Shown in pieces: positions 53,621-64,000 of a stretch of 64,000 nucleotides of DNA; the first letter of the stretch is position 1; the number at the start of each line of letters is the position of its first letter. Position numbers and translations under genes: made by a program. Where the stretch lies: positions 1 through 64,000 of the forward strand of contig JBNJFI010000001.1 of NCBI GenBank assembly GCA_051746725.1, given 5' to 3'. This DNA is from Fusobacteriota bacterium. GTDB lineage: Bacteria; Fusobacteriota; Fusobacteriia; Fusobacteriales; JBNJFI01. The notes beneath the pieces were generated by a model, which was not told the origin of the DNA, ran no database searches, and was given only the letters and a program-made list of their open reading frames with translations.

Positions 53621-54421
53621 TTATTTCTTTTTTGTTCCCTCTTTTAATTCTTTTACAAAATTATATATTTTTTTCTTAATTAACTCTTTATCTTTAATAT
53701 TTTCTTCTATATTTTTAACTATTGCACTTCCTACAATGACAGCATCTGCATATTCAGATATCTCTTCAACTTGCTCTCTGCTGGAAACACCAAAACCAAC
53801 TCCAACAGGTAACCCTGATTTTTCTTGTACCTGTTTTACCATTTTTGATAATTTTTTATTCACTGTTGTTCGGGCTCCAGTTACACCTGATACAGATACA
53901 AAATACACAAAACCACTTGATTTTTCTGACACAATATTTAATCTCTTTTCATTCATAGTTGGAGATATTAAAAATATATTATCTAAATCTCCTTTATAAT
54001 TTAAAAATTCCTCTGCTGCTTCTGGAGGTAGGTCTGGTATAATTGTTCCATTTAATCCAACTTCTTTTGCTTTTTTGGAAAATTTTTCTACTCCATAAAC
54101 AAAAATGGGATTATAGTAACTCATAAAAATAAAAGGTGTATCTATTCCCTCTTCTCTTAGTTCAGAAACCATTTCAAATCCATCACGTAATGAAAATCCA
54201 TTTTTCAAAGATCTTTCTGCTGCTAATTGTATTGTTGGTCCATCTGCCATTGGATCAGAAAATGGAATTCCTATTTCAACTATATCTGCTCCAGCATCAA
54301 TTAAAGTCTTTATAATCTCTTTGCTTGTTTTATAATCTGGATCTCCCCCGGCTACATATGTTATTAATGCTTTTTCGTCTTTTTCTTTTAGTACTTTAAA
54401 TTTTTCTTCTATTGTCATCAT
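53621..54421 (-). CDS. trpA: Tryptophan synthase alpha subunit
   Basis: [30 protein letters not shown]. Confidence 0.98.
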   Translation of the reverse strand: MMTIEEKFKVLKEKDEKALITYVAGGDPDYKTSKEIIKTLIDAGADIVEIGIPFSDPMADGPTIQLAAERSLKNGFSLRDGFEMVSELREEGIDTPFIFMSYYNPIFVYGVEKFSKKAKEVGLNGTIIPDLPPEAAEEFLNYKGDLDNIFLISPTMNEKRLNIVSEKSSGFVYFVSVSGVTGARTTVNKKLSKMVKQVQEKSGLPVGVGFGVSSREQVEEISEYADAVIVGSAIVKNIEENIKDKELIKKKIYNFVKELKEGTKKK

Positions 54422-55599
54422 AAATTTACCCCCAATGTCTCTGCAACTGTGTTCATATCTTTATCGCCACGTCCAGATAGATTTAATATGATAATATCAT
54501 CTTTTTTGACAAATTTCTTCATCTCCATCAAATATGCTATTGCATGTGAGCTTTCTAAAGCCGGTATAATTCCTTCTTCTTCTGTTAAAAATTTAAACCC
54601 CTCCATTGCCTCATCATCTGTAACTGAAACATATTTAGCACGTCCAATTTCATGGAAATAACTGTGTTCAGGTCCTACTCCGGGATAATCTAACCCAGCA
54701 GAAATAGAGTGTGTCTGTAATATTTGACCATTTTCATCTTGTAGCAAAAAAGTTTTATTTCCATGTAAAACCCCAACGGTTCCACCTGTAATTGATGCAG
54801 AGTGTTCCCCTGTTTCTAGGCCAAATCCCGCAGCCTCAACACCAATCATTTTAACTTCTTTATCATCTTTAAATGGATAAAATAATCCCATAGCATTACT
54901 TCCTCCACCTATACAGGCAAGTAAATAATCAGGAAGTCGTCCTTCTTTTTCCAAAATCTGTTTTCTTGCTTCAACTCCTATAACAGATTGAAAATCCCGA
55001 ACCATTTCAGGATATGGATATGGCCCGGCCACAGTTCCGATAATATAAAAAGTCTCATCAATATTGGTTACCCAATCTCGTATAGCTTCATTCATGGCAT
55101 CCTTTAAGGTTTCCGAACCTACCTTTACGGAATTAACCTTGGCTCCTAAAAGTTTCATTCTAAATACGTTTAAAGATTGTCTTTTTATATCTTCTGCTCC
55201 CATGAATATTTCGCATTCCATATCAAACAAAGCTGCTACAGTAGCTGTTGCAACTCCATGTTGACCGGCACCAGTTTCAGCTATTATTCTTTTTTTTCCC
55301 ATCTTTTTTGCAAGTAATATCTGACCTATAGTATTATTTATCTTATGAGCTCCTGTGTGATTTAAATCTTCTCTTTTTAAATATATTTTTGCTCCAATTT
55401 TCTCACTTATTTTTTCAGCATAATAAAGTGGTGTTTCTCTTCCTACATACTCTTTTAAATAGTACTTAAATTCTTTTTGGAAATCTTCATCATTTTTATA
55501 TTTATTATAGGCTTCTTCTAGCTCATCTAAAGCTGGAATCAAAGTTTCAGGTACATATTTTCCACCAAATTGTCCAAAATATTCCTTTTTATTATCCAT
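54418..55599 (-). CDS. trpB: Tryptophan synthase beta subunit
   Basis: [36 protein letters not shown]. Confidence 0.98.
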   Translation of the reverse strand: MDNKKEYFGQFGGKYVPETLIPALDELEEAYNKYKNDEDFQKEFKYYLKEYVGRETPLYYAEKISEKIGAKIYLKREDLNHTGAHKINNTIGQILLAKKMGKKRIIAETGAGQHGVATATVAALFDMECEIFMGAEDIKRQSLNVFRMKLLGAKVNSVKVGSETLKDAMNEAIRDWVTNIDETFYIIGTVAGPYPYPEMVRDFQSVIGVEARKQILEKEGRLPDYLLACIGGGSNAMGLFYPFKDDKEVKMIGVEAAGFGLETGEHSASITGGTVGVLHGNKTFLLQDENGQILQTHSISAGLDYPGVGPEHSYFHEIGRAKYVSVTDDEAMEGFKFLTEEEGIIPALESSHAIAYLMEMKKFVKKDDIIILNLSGRGDKDMNTVAETLGVNL

Positions 55600-55674
55600 T
55601 TTATCACTCCATTCATATTGTGTTGATATTTTAATACATTTTACTATAATTACATATTTTATTCAAGTCTATAT

Positions 55675-58263
55675 CTAATTTATTATAGAATTTATCTTTT
55701 TTAGTAATTTTTTTTTATTATTTATATTATTGTCAAGTTGATAATAATATAAATTTTTAAGTAACTTTTTAAAATATTCTCCTGGATCATAACCTAACTC
55801 TATCAGATCATTCCCTGTAATAATAGGATTTATATTTCTTATTATATCTATATATCTTCTTATATTTTTTTCTACTTGGTAATCTCTAGATGTAACTAAT
55901 AATAGTAATAAAACTTCATCACTGAAATTATTTAATATATCATATATTTCAGAATCCTTTTTTATTTTCGATAATTTTTTGAATATTTTCCCTCTTTTTT
56001 TTCTACCATAATTATATTTATCTATAAACTTTTTTGAAAAAGTAAATTTTTCGAAGACTTTTTTAAGTTCACTACTTTTTAATTCTTCTAGTAAAATTAA
56101 AAAGTATATTATCCATTGTTTCACATCTAGTTTTTTTATATATTGAAAGTTCTCCTCTAATTTTTTTAAATCATTTTTTAATTTAGAAGTGAGACTTATA
56201 TTTTCATTTATAGCACTAAAAACTCCATATTCAAATAATTTATATATCGCTTGTTCTACATTTTTTTCACTGAAAATTAACCTGAATTCATATTTTACCC
56301 TCTTCCAAGTTAATTCATCTAGAAAACCTTTTTTAATACAATCATATATAAATTTTTCTGTATCTTCATCTATTTCAAATCCATAACGATTAGAAAATCT
56401 TATAGCTCTTATTATTCGAGTTGGATCTTCTATAAAACTTAAATTATGTAAAACATTTATCTTTCCAGATTTTAAATCTTCATAGCCATTAAAAAAATCA
56501 ATTAACTCTCCAAAATTAGAATGATCAATTTCAATGGCCATTGCATTGATTGTGAAATCTCTTCTAAATAAATCTTGTTTTATATTACCAAATTCAACTT
56601 TAGGTAATGAAGTGGGATACTCGTAATACTCTACTCTAGATGTTGCAATATCAAGCTTGGTATTATCTTTTAAAACTACTACTGCAGTTTTAAACTTTTC
56701 GTGGGTTACCACTTCCTTTGCATCTAGCCTTTTACCTAACTTTTTTGCAAATTCAATTCCATCTCCTTCAATCACAATATCAATATCATCATTTTCGATA
56801 TCAAGTAATAGATCTCTAACGATTCCTCCTACCAAAAAAGCTTTTTCCTGTCTCAATTTTGAAGTTTTTTCAATTATTTTCAAAATATTATATATTTTAG
56901 ATGGAATCCGATTTTTTATTTTAGATTTTACATCTTCATGAAACATTTTATATTTTTGAGTACTTTTTTTTCGCTGATTATATAACGTCCTTAATATATC
57001 ACTTCTAGTAACAATTCCAACAAGTTTTTTTTGAGAATTTAATATAGGGATCCTTCCAATTTCATTTTCAATTAATAGCTGTTTTAATCTCTCTACTGGC
57101 GTTGAAAGTTTTGCAGTAATTACCTTAGAACTCATATAAATTTCCACTGCTGATTCTCCAAACCCATGAGAAATAGCTTTATCTAAATCTCTTCGAGATA
57201 TAATTCCAATAAGTTTTCCTTTGTTTAAAATAGGTAATCCATTATAACCAAATCTCAGCATTATTTTATATGCTTCTTTTAAAGAAGTATCATGGAAGAC
57301 TGATTTTACAGGTGAACTCATAATATCCTTCGCAGCCTTTCCAATTTTTATTATTTTTTTTACTTTCATTTTCAAATTCTCATAAACATCATCAAAGTTA
57401 ATATTTTTCAAAGAGGCCGACCCAGCATTTACATGCCCTCCCCCATTAAATTCTTCCATAATTTCATCCACTCTAACTCCCATGGAACTGCTTCTTCCAA
57501 TAATCGAGGCCTTATCGTTATTTCCTATTAGAACAAATGCTCCACTTACTCCTTCTACTTCTTTTATTTTATTTGTTACTCCATCTATTCCATCTATAAA
57601 TTCTTCTGTATAATATTTTCCAACAAAAATATCTTCTACAGAAAAATTGAATATTTCTCCATTTTCCATTAGCTTTAAAAAAACATCAGTTTGCCTTTTT
57701 TGCAAAGGATGGGTTATATATTTATTAACTTGTTCTAAATCGGCTCTATTCCTCAAAAGATATGCAGCCATATCTATATCCTCTGGAGTAGTTGTTATAT
57801 AAGATAAAGATCCAGTATCTTCATAGATTCCCATCATGCATAAGGTAGCTTCATAATCTTTTAATTTTAATTTTTTCTGCTTCATTAACTCCATTAATAA
57901 TACTGTTGTTGCCGATCCATATTCTTCTAAGATTATATTTTCCCCTTTTAGATTTTCTTTATCTTTTATATGATGATCATAAGCTACTACATTATAATTT
58001 TCATTTTCAAAATATTTTTTAAATTTTCCTATTCGGCTTATATTAGCGGTATCAGTTAATATCATTTTAGATATATCTTTTATATCAATCTCTCTCCCTC
58101 TAAGTATTTTTAAGTAATCTTGATACAAATTTGCAAAAGTTCGTACATTTTTATTAACATTTCCAGAAAAAACTAATTTTGCATTTGGATGTAACTTTTT
58201 AGCCAAAATCATTGAAGCTAAACCATCCAAATCTAAATGTATGTGACTAGTTATTATTTCCAA
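55675..58263 (-). CDS. DHH-DHHA1-CBS-nucleotidyltransferase, probably A-adding tRNA enzyme
   Basis: DLDG, DHH, DTG, GGGH; CBS pair; VGGIVRD..DIDI, RVEYY.YP..LP, RRDFTIN, EDPTR; TTG start. Confidence 0.9.
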   Translation of the reverse strand: MEIITSHIHLDLDGLASMILAKKLHPNAKLVFSGNVNKNVRTFANLYQDYLKILRGREIDIKDISKMILTDTANISRIGKFKKYFENENYNVVAYDHHIKDKENLKGENIILEEYGSATTVLLMELMKQKKLKLKDYEATLCMMGIYEDTGSLSYITTTPEDIDMAAYLLRNRADLEQVNKYITHPLQKRQTDVFLKLMENGEIFNFSVEDIFVGKYYTEEFIDGIDGVTNKIKEVEGVSGAFVLIGNNDKASIIGRSSSMGVRVDEIMEEFNGGGHVNAGSASLKNINFDDVYENLKMKVKKIIKIGKAAKDIMSSPVKSVFHDTSLKEAYKIMLRFGYNGLPILNKGKLIGIISRRDLDKAISHGFGESAVEIYMSSKVITAKLSTPVERLKQLLIENEIGRIPILNSQKKLVGIVTRSDILRTLYNQRKKSTQKYKMFHEDVKSKIKNRIPSKIYNILKIIEKTSKLRQEKAFLVGGIVRDLLLDIENDDIDIVIEGDGIEFAKKLGKRLDAKEVVTHEKFKTAVVVLKDNTKLDIATSRVEYYEYPTSLPKVEFGNIKQDLFRRDFTINAMAIEIDHSNFGELIDFFNGYEDLKSGKINVLHNLSFIEDPTRIIRAIRFSNRYGFEIDEDTEKFIYDCIKKGFLDELTWKRVKYEFRLIFSEKNVEQAIYKLFEYGVFSAINENISLTSKLKNDLKKLEENFQYIKKLDVKQWIIYFLILLEELKSSELKKVFEKFTFSKKFIDKYNYGRKKRGKIFKKLSKIKKDSEIYDILNNFSDEVLLLLLVTSRDYQVEKNIRRYIDIIRNINPIITGNDLIELGYDPGEYFKKLLKNLYYYQLDNNINNKKKLLKKINSIIN

Positions 58264-58300
58264 TTTTATCTCCCTCCACTAATTAAGCCAAATATATTAT

Positions 58301-58327
58301 AAAAAAAGGGCCATAACAGCCCTTTTT
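58301..58327. terminator. Intrinsic terminator
   Basis: aaaaagggc-cataaca-gcccttttt. Confidence 0.75.
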
Positions 58328-58334
58328 ATCTAAT

Positions 58335-59138
58335 TTAAATATCCAATTTATATTCATCATATTTATATAATTTATTATAGCTTATTATACTTTCAAGTCT
58401 TTTTACATATTCCATTCTTAATTCACTATATGATTCTAATTCGGGTATTAATATTTTATAATCATCAGTAGATAATCTTTTTTGTCTAAAATCAGAATAC
58501 ATCTTTACCGTAGCTATTCTATAAAAATAATCTTCGACACTTTCAAAAAGATAGTCATATTTTTTCAAATATATTTTTTGGTCTCCCCTAGTCTCACTAG
58601 CTTTTATTCTAGGTTCATTTTCATTATAACTCCATAAACCAAAAGCATTATTTGCTTTTCTAAAAAATCTAGAAGTTCCCCATCCAGTTTCTATTATAGC
58701 TTGCCCTAAAGCAATACTTGTAGTATGTGGATTTATTCTAGTTATTAAATCTTTAATATCTTTATTTTTTATATTGTATCTTTTTAAATTTTCTTCCAAA
58801 AATTGTTTTTCTTTTTTTGTTAAATCTTGCTTACTTTTGATTTTTTGATCTATTTTAATTAGTTTTTCTTTTTTATCATTTAGAATTTTTCTGTTTATTG
58901 CAATAGATGGCAATAAAAGATTTATAAAAATTTCTTTTTTTTCATGAACTGGTAACTCATTTAAATTTAAATCTTTGATAAAATAATTATTTGGTTTAAT
59001 TGTTTCGTTATTATTAATAAATACATCCTTCTTACTAGTTACAGTTATATTATTCATCTTGTAAGTATTATTTGAATCCTTAGAAGAGTAAATTAATAAC
59101 CCTATTGCAAAAAAGAGTAATATTGATATCCTCTTAAT
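58335..59138 (-). CDS. Bax-like glucosaminidase (GH73-related); probable ATT start
   Basis: KK..FI..LLP, GQA.IETGWGTSRF...ANN.FG; 27-codon in-frame signal/anchor upstream of the first ATG (59057). Confidence 0.85.
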   Translation of the reverse strand: MKRISILLFFAIGLLIYSSKDSNNTYKMNNITVTSKKDVFINNNETIKPNNYFIKDLNLNELPVHEKKEIFINLLLPSIAINRKILNDKKEKLIKIDQKIKSKQDLTKKEKQFLEENLKRYNIKNKDIKDLITRINPHTTSIALGQAIIETGWGTSRFFRKANNAFGLWSYNENEPRIKASETRGDQKIYLKKYDYLFESVEDYFYRIATVKMYSDFRQKRLSTDDYKILIPELESYSELRMEYVKRLESIISYNKLYKYDEYKLDI

Positions 59139-59160
59139 GGTTTCCCTCCTTATTTTAAAA

Positions 59161-59847
59161 TTAATTATATATTCCTATATAGCTAATTGATAACCCAAAG
59201 CTGTCATCTCGTTTTCTCCAAAAAACTTTTGTCCGAATTGAATCTGTTGTATAAAACTCACCACTTACATTAAATGCATAACGTTTTTCTGGATCTTCAT
59301 TTTCACTTACTTCAGTAGCGTTTTCTTTATAACTGTAAAATTCACTTAATATTCTTACCCTTTCAAAAATTGGAACAGCAAGGCCTACAAAAGAATTTGT
59401 TTCTTCATCTTCATCATATTTTAGACCTGTTGATATTTCGACATTAATATTTTGATTCAAAAAATTTTTAAAGTTCTTGGACATAACAAGATACCCATAA
59501 ACTTTATCAGCTTCAACAAATCCAATTGCCATTGCTGGGTTATCAGCTTCCTGAACAAATTGATATTTAAAATTAGCTTTTAATAAATCCTGATTAATTA
59601 CTTTATCACTTGTTGACAACTTTAAACCAGCTTCAACTTGTGGGATAAATCCACCTTCAAGTATAATTCCAAAATCACTGTCAGCTTCTATATGATCAAG
59701 CATCCCTGTCACTGTATAATTACTTGTTCGTAGATTATAAGCTGTTGGGTAATCAATTATTCCTGTAAATCCTGGAGTACCTGGAACTGCAAACAAAAAA
59801 GACGATACTACAAAAAATATTAAAATTTTAATTAGTTTATTCATCAT
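59161..59847 (-). CDS. YjbH-like outer-membrane beta-barrel protein
   Basis: Signal peptide then [11 protein letters not shown] motif; amphipathic strands; start at MMNK. Confidence 0.6.
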   Translation of the reverse strand: MMNKLIKILIFFVVSSFLFAVPGTPGFTGIIDYPTAYNLRTSNYTVTGMLDHIEADSDFGIILEGGFIPQVEAGLKLSTSDKVINQDLLKANFKYQFVQEADNPAMAIGFVEADKVYGYLVMSKNFKNFLNQNINVEISTGLKYDEDEETNSFVGLAVPIFERVRILSEFYSYKENATEVSENEDPEKRYAFNVSGEFYTTDSIRTKVFWRKRDDSFGLSISYIGIYN

Positions 59848-60859
59848 TTTCTTCCACCCTCTTTTCAAGTTTTTTTACACGTTTTATTAAATCAGGAATT
59901 TTAGTCATTGATATCTTAGTTTTTAAATCTTTTCGGTGATCTTGCAATGGATATCCTGACATTTTTGAATTTGATTCAACTTTTTTGCTAACCACTGATC
60001 TAGCTGCAATTACAACATTATCTCCTATTTCAAGATGACCTGTAACACCTACTTGACCTGCAAGTATTGTATTATTTCCAACTTTTACACTACCTGAAAT
60101 TCCAACTTGCGCTATGATTAAGCAGTCTTCTCCTATTTCATCATTGTGTCCTATATGAACTAAATTATCAATTTTAGTTCCATTCTTAATAATTGTATCA
60201 CCTAAAGCACCTCTGTCTATGGCAGTATTAGCTCCTATTTCAACATTATCTTCTATAATAACTTTTCCAATCTGCTCAATTTTTATATGTTTACCCTCAC
60301 CAGTAGACACATATCCAAATCCATCTGATCCTATAATAGCTCCAGGTTGAATAATTACATTATTTCCTATTTCACAAAATTCTCTTATTGTGGTATTTGG
60401 ATAAATTATTACATTTTTTCCAATAGTTACTCCTTCTAATATAGTTACATTGGGATATATTTTGGTATTTTCTCCTATCTTCACATTATGTCCTATATAA
60501 CTACCTGGAGATATCTGAGCAGTTTTATCAATTTCACTTGTTTTTTCTATTGGTTTACTAATATTATGTTCCTCTGGTTTAAAATATTTCAATAATTTTG
60601 GCAAAATATTCCTAGGATTTGTGTCAATACTAATAAATATCTTATTTCCTATCTGTTTTGGCTTGCCCTTTAATATTATAACTTTTGCCGCAGTTTTATC
60701 TAAATTATTAAGATATTTTCTATCAGATGCAAAGGTTATATCCTTTGCATCTGATTTATCAAAAGAGGATATTTTATCTACATAAATATCAGTATTATCC
60801 TTAGGAGCTCCTATAATTTTTCCATTAACAAGAGAAGCGATTTCCCTTAGATTATACAT
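59837..60859 (-). CDS. lpxD: UDP-3-O-acylglucosamine N-acyltransferase
   Basis: Hexapeptide repeats, [28 protein letters not shown]. Confidence 0.97.
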   Translation of the reverse strand: MYNLREIASLVNGKIIGAPKDNTDIYVDKISSFDKSDAKDITFASDRKYLNNLDKTAAKVIILKGKPKQIGNKIFISIDTNPRNILPKLLKYFKPEEHNISKPIEKTSEIDKTAQISPGSYIGHNVKIGENTKIYPNVTILEGVTIGKNVIIYPNTTIREFCEIGNNVIIQPGAIIGSDGFGYVSTGEGKHIKIEQIGKVIIEDNVEIGANTAIDRGALGDTIIKNGTKIDNLVHIGHNDEIGEDCLIIAQVGISGSVKVGNNTILAGQVGVTGHLEIGDNVVIAARSVVSKKVESNSKMSGYPLQDHRKDLKTKISMTKIPDLIKRVKKLEKRVEENDE

Positions 60860-60871
60860 ATTAATAGCCCC

Positions 60872-61363
60872 CTACTCTAATTCAATTTTTTCAGAACCGG
60901 TTAAGAAGTCTATAACTTCTTTTGTTAAATCATCTCCACCGTAATATATAACTGATTTATCAAATACAGTATCATATTTTTCTTGTTTAGCTACTTCTTT
61001 TATAGCCGTATCTATACCCGATCTTAATTTTTCATACATAGTTTCTTGAAGTACATTTAAATTTTGTTGCATTTGTTGATATTTAACTTGAAATTTTTCT
61101 TGCATTTCTTGTAATTCCTGTTTTTCAGAATCTGTTAAATCTCGATCTTTTTGAGATAACTCATTTTGCTTTTCTTCTAGTTTTGTTTTTTCAGAATCTA
61201 ATTCTTCTTGCAATTCTGCCTTTTTTGTTTCTAAAAACTTTTGAGTACTTTCTGTTTCCTTACAGTTTTGTAAGACTTTCTGTGTATCCACATAACCTAC
61301 CCCATTTGCCATTATAGTTAAACTTGCAATTAAACTCATTACTAAAATTAATCTTTTTCTCAT
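60872..61363 (-). CDS. skp: OmpH/Skp periplasmic chaperone, copy 1
   Basis: Signal peptide, VGYVD.QKV, coiled coil, YGG.DLT..V; located between bamA and lpxD. Confidence 0.92.
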   Translation of the reverse strand: MRKRLILVMSLIASLTIMANGVGYVDTQKVLQNCKETESTQKFLETKKAELQEELDSEKTKLEEKQNELSQKDRDLTDSEKQELQEMQEKFQVKYQQMQQNLNVLQETMYEKLRSGIDTAIKEVAKQEKYDTVFDKSVIYYGGDDLTKEVIDFLTGSEKIELE

Positions 61364-61395
61364 TTCTTTCCTCCTATTTTGATTTTATTTAAAAT

Positions 61396-62688
61396 TTAAA
61401 ATAATTGTCCCATGTTAAAATGAAATTTTCCATTTGATTCATCTTTGTCTCCCAATGGCCAACCATAATCGAATCTCAAAGGACCTATTGGTGTATTTGC
61501 TCGAATTCCAAATCCATAACTTTTTTTAATATCCTTTAATTTTGAAAAATCTTCAAAGGATTTCCATGAACGTCCCACGTCAAAAAAACCAACTACTTGA
61601 ATCGTATCATTGAGTTTATAACGATTTTCAATATTAACATATAGCTCCTCTTCTCCTAAAAACTCATAGTTTCCGTATCCTCTTAACGAGTTTCCTCCTC
61701 CAACATAAAATTGTTGAGACTCTGGAGTAGTATTACTTGCTATTCCTGTAACCATTCTATATGTCAAAGTATTATCTTCAGTTATAAATTCATGATATTT
61801 TCTCAATTCTAGTTCAATTGTTGTATAGTAATCACCTCCAAATTTTAGACCATTAACTAAACCTAATCTCGCGTATTCTCCCTCTGTAGCATTTAGATAA
61901 TTATTACGTGTATCATAATATATGGAAGGATATATTTCAATTATACTAAAATCTCCTCCATTTTTCAAGTTTTCATCCTCATCGTATTCTCTTACTTTTT
62001 CAAGTTTTGTTCCTAATTTTATTCTTATTTTTTCAGTTAAATTTCGTCCCCCTGAAACTGTTAATCCAGTTTTTTCAGTATAGCTATCATCTGAATTTTG
62101 AATTTCTTTTTTGTAAAGACTTGTACTAAAGGACAATCGATCAGTTCCCTTTATCCACGGATCAGAAAAACTTAGTTCATAGGTTCTCTCATCCTTTGAT
62201 GATATTTCAAAGGATGCTTTTAAATTTTGAGATTTACCTCTGAAATTATTATCTTGAATATTTACATTTCCTACAAGACCTACAACTGATCCATAGGAAA
62301 TTCCTCCACTTATAGAACCACTTTTTTGTTCGTCAAGTTTCAATATAAGAGTTACTTTATTTGGGTCCTCTGGATTTTTTTCAAATTCTTGCTTAATATC
62401 TTTAAAATATCCCAATCTAAATATATTTTGAATAGTTTTTTGCATATCTTCCATTGTAACAGGTTCTCCTTTTTTGAGAACCACTTCTCTTTCTAAAACA
62501 TATTCTTCAGTTTTTAATCCTTCTCCTTGTGTAGTAAGATCTCTTTTGTTTTTAGAATCTTTTTCTACTTTTTCAAATTTTATCCCTTCTAATATTCCTT
62601 CATGAATTTCTATAATATCAGTATTATCCTTAGGAGCTCCTATAATTTTTCCATTAACAAGAGAAGCGATTTCCCTTAGATTATACAT
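61396..62688 (-). pseudogene. Chimeric ORF: first 25 codons of lpxD fused in frame to the last POTRA and barrel of bamA
   Basis: [25 protein letters not shown] is identical to the LpxD N-terminus; remainder is Omp85 (LRGY, GPLRFDYG, terminal F); no signal peptide. Confidence 0.85.
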
Positions 62689-62700
62689 ATTAATAGCCCC

Positions 62701-63192
62701 CTACTCTAATTCAATTTTTTCAGAACCGGTTAAGAAGTCTATAACTTCTTTTGTTAAATCATCTCCACCGTAATATATAACTGATTTATCAAATACAGTA
62801 TCATATTTTTCTTGTTTAGCTACTTCTTTTATAGCCGTATCTATACCCGATCTTAATTTTTCATACATAGTTTCTTGAAGTACATTTAAATTTTGTTGCA
62901 TTTGTTGATATTTAACTTGAAATTTTTCTTGCATTTCTTGTAATTCCTGTTTTTCAGAATCTGTTAAATCTCGATCTTTTTGAGATAACTCATTTTGCTT
63001 TTCTTCTAGTTTTGTTTTTTCAGAATCTAATTCTTCTTGCAATTCTGCCTTTTTTGTTTCTAAAAACTTTTGAGTACTTTCTGTTTCCTTACAGTTTTGT
63101 AAGACTTTCTGTGTATCCACATAACCTACCCCATTTGCCATTATAGTTAAACTTGCAATTAAACTCATTACTAAAATTAATCTTTTTCTCAT
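62701..63192 (-). CDS. skp: OmpH/Skp periplasmic chaperone, copy 2
   Basis: Translation identical to 60872-61363. Confidence 0.9.
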   Translation of the reverse strand: MRKRLILVMSLIASLTIMANGVGYVDTQKVLQNCKETESTQKFLETKKAELQEELDSEKTKLEEKQNELSQKDRDLTDSEKQELQEMQEKFQVKYQQMQQNLNVLQETMYEKLRSGIDTAIKEVAKQEKYDTVFDKSVIYYGGDDLTKEVIDFLTGSEKIELE

Positions 63193-63224
63193 TTCTTTCC
63201 TCCTATTTTGATTTTATTTAAAAT

Positions 63225-64000
63225 TTAAAATAATTGTCCCATGTTAAAATGAAATTTTCCATTTGATTCATCTTTGTCTCCCAATGGCCAACCATAATCG
63301 AATCTCAAAGGACCTATTGGTGTATTTGCTCGAATTCCAAATCCATAACTTTTTTTAATATCCTTTAATTTTGAAAAATCTTCAAAGGATTTCCATGAAC
63401 GTCCCACGTCAAAAAAACCAACTACTTGAATCGTATCATTGAGTTTATAACGATTTTCAATATTAACATATAGCTCCTCTTCTCCTAAAAACTCATAGTT
63501 TCCGTATCCTCTTAACGAGTTTCCTCCTCCAACATAAAATTGTTGAGACTCTGGAGTAGTATTACTTGCTATTCCTGTAACCATTCTATATGTCAAAGTA
63601 TTATCTTCAGTTATAAATTCATGATATTTTCTCAATTCTAGTTCAATTGTTGTATAGTAATCACCTCCAAATTTTAGACCATTAACTAAACCTAATCTCG
63701 CGTATTCTCCCTCTGTAGCATTTAGATAATTATTACGTGTATCATAATATATGGAAGGATATATTTCAATTATACTAAAATCTCCTCCATTTTTCAAGTT
63801 TTCATCCTCATCGTATTCTCTTACTTTTTCAAGTTTTGTTCCTAATTTTATTCTTATTTTTTCAGTTAAATTTCGTCCCCCTGAAACTGTTAATCCAGTT
63901 TTTTCAGTATAGCTATCATCTGAATTTTGAATTTCTTTTTTGTAAAGACTTGTACTAAAGGACAATCGATCAGTTCCCTTTATCCACGGATCAGAAAAAC
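63225..64000 (-). CDS. bamA: BamA/Omp85 barrel, 3' part (5' end beyond window)
   Basis: GGGNSLRGY, FFDVG, TPIGPLRFDYG, C-terminal F; bamA-skp-lpxD synteny. Confidence 0.88.
   Translation of the reverse strand, partial: FSDPWIKGTDRLSFSTSLYKKEIQNSDDSYTEKTGLTVSGGRNLTEKIRIKLGTKLEKVREYDEDENLKNGGDFSIIEIYPSIYYDTRNNYLNATEGEYARLGLVNGLKFGGDYYTTIELELRKYHEFITEDNTLTYRMVTGIASNTTPESQQFYVGGGNSLRGYGNYEFLGEEELYVNIENRYKLNDTIQVVGFFDVGRSWKSFEDFSKLKDIKKSYGFGIRANTPIGPLRFDYGWPLGDKDESNGKFHFNMGQLF

Larger units (their letters stand above)
60785..64000. repeat. Direct tandem duplication, unit 1829 bp (60785-62613; second copy from 62614 to past the window end)
   Basis: Both skp ORFs and both bamA 3' ends translate identically at offset 1829; identity starts at 60785/62614. 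Confidence 0.97.

Overview
AT-rich bacterial chromosome segment that is almost entirely housekeeping genes. All but one of roughly 58 supported genes lie on the minus strand; the exception is rnhA. The organism is diderm (bamA-skp-lpxD) with Firmicutes-like core proteins, which suggests Fusobacteriota (inference only). Contents include purN'/purH, folE-ftsH-tilS, tRNA/rRNA modification genes, apt-rel-tgt, a GAF-PP2C/REC/NUDIX/MshEN-PilB block, ndk, galU, metG, a MoxR-DUF58-transglutaminase triad, carA/pyrC, comEC, aroA and trpBA. No rRNA, tRNA, CRISPR array, prophage or transposase was seen. The most notable observations are: (1) an apparent split CC-adding / A-adding tRNA nucleotidyltransferase pair; (2) a 1829-bp direct tandem duplication that creates an in-frame lpxD'::'bamA chimera and a second skp; (3) a probable ATT start codon on a Bax-like muramidase gene; (4) a GC-rich Y-shaped REP-like element inside MITE-like terminal inverted repeats; (5) a pseudo-receiver fused to a DUF2225-like Zn/TPR domain; (6) an RNase H with a duplicated hybrid-binding domain. 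All family calls come from motif recognition by eye; no database searches were run.
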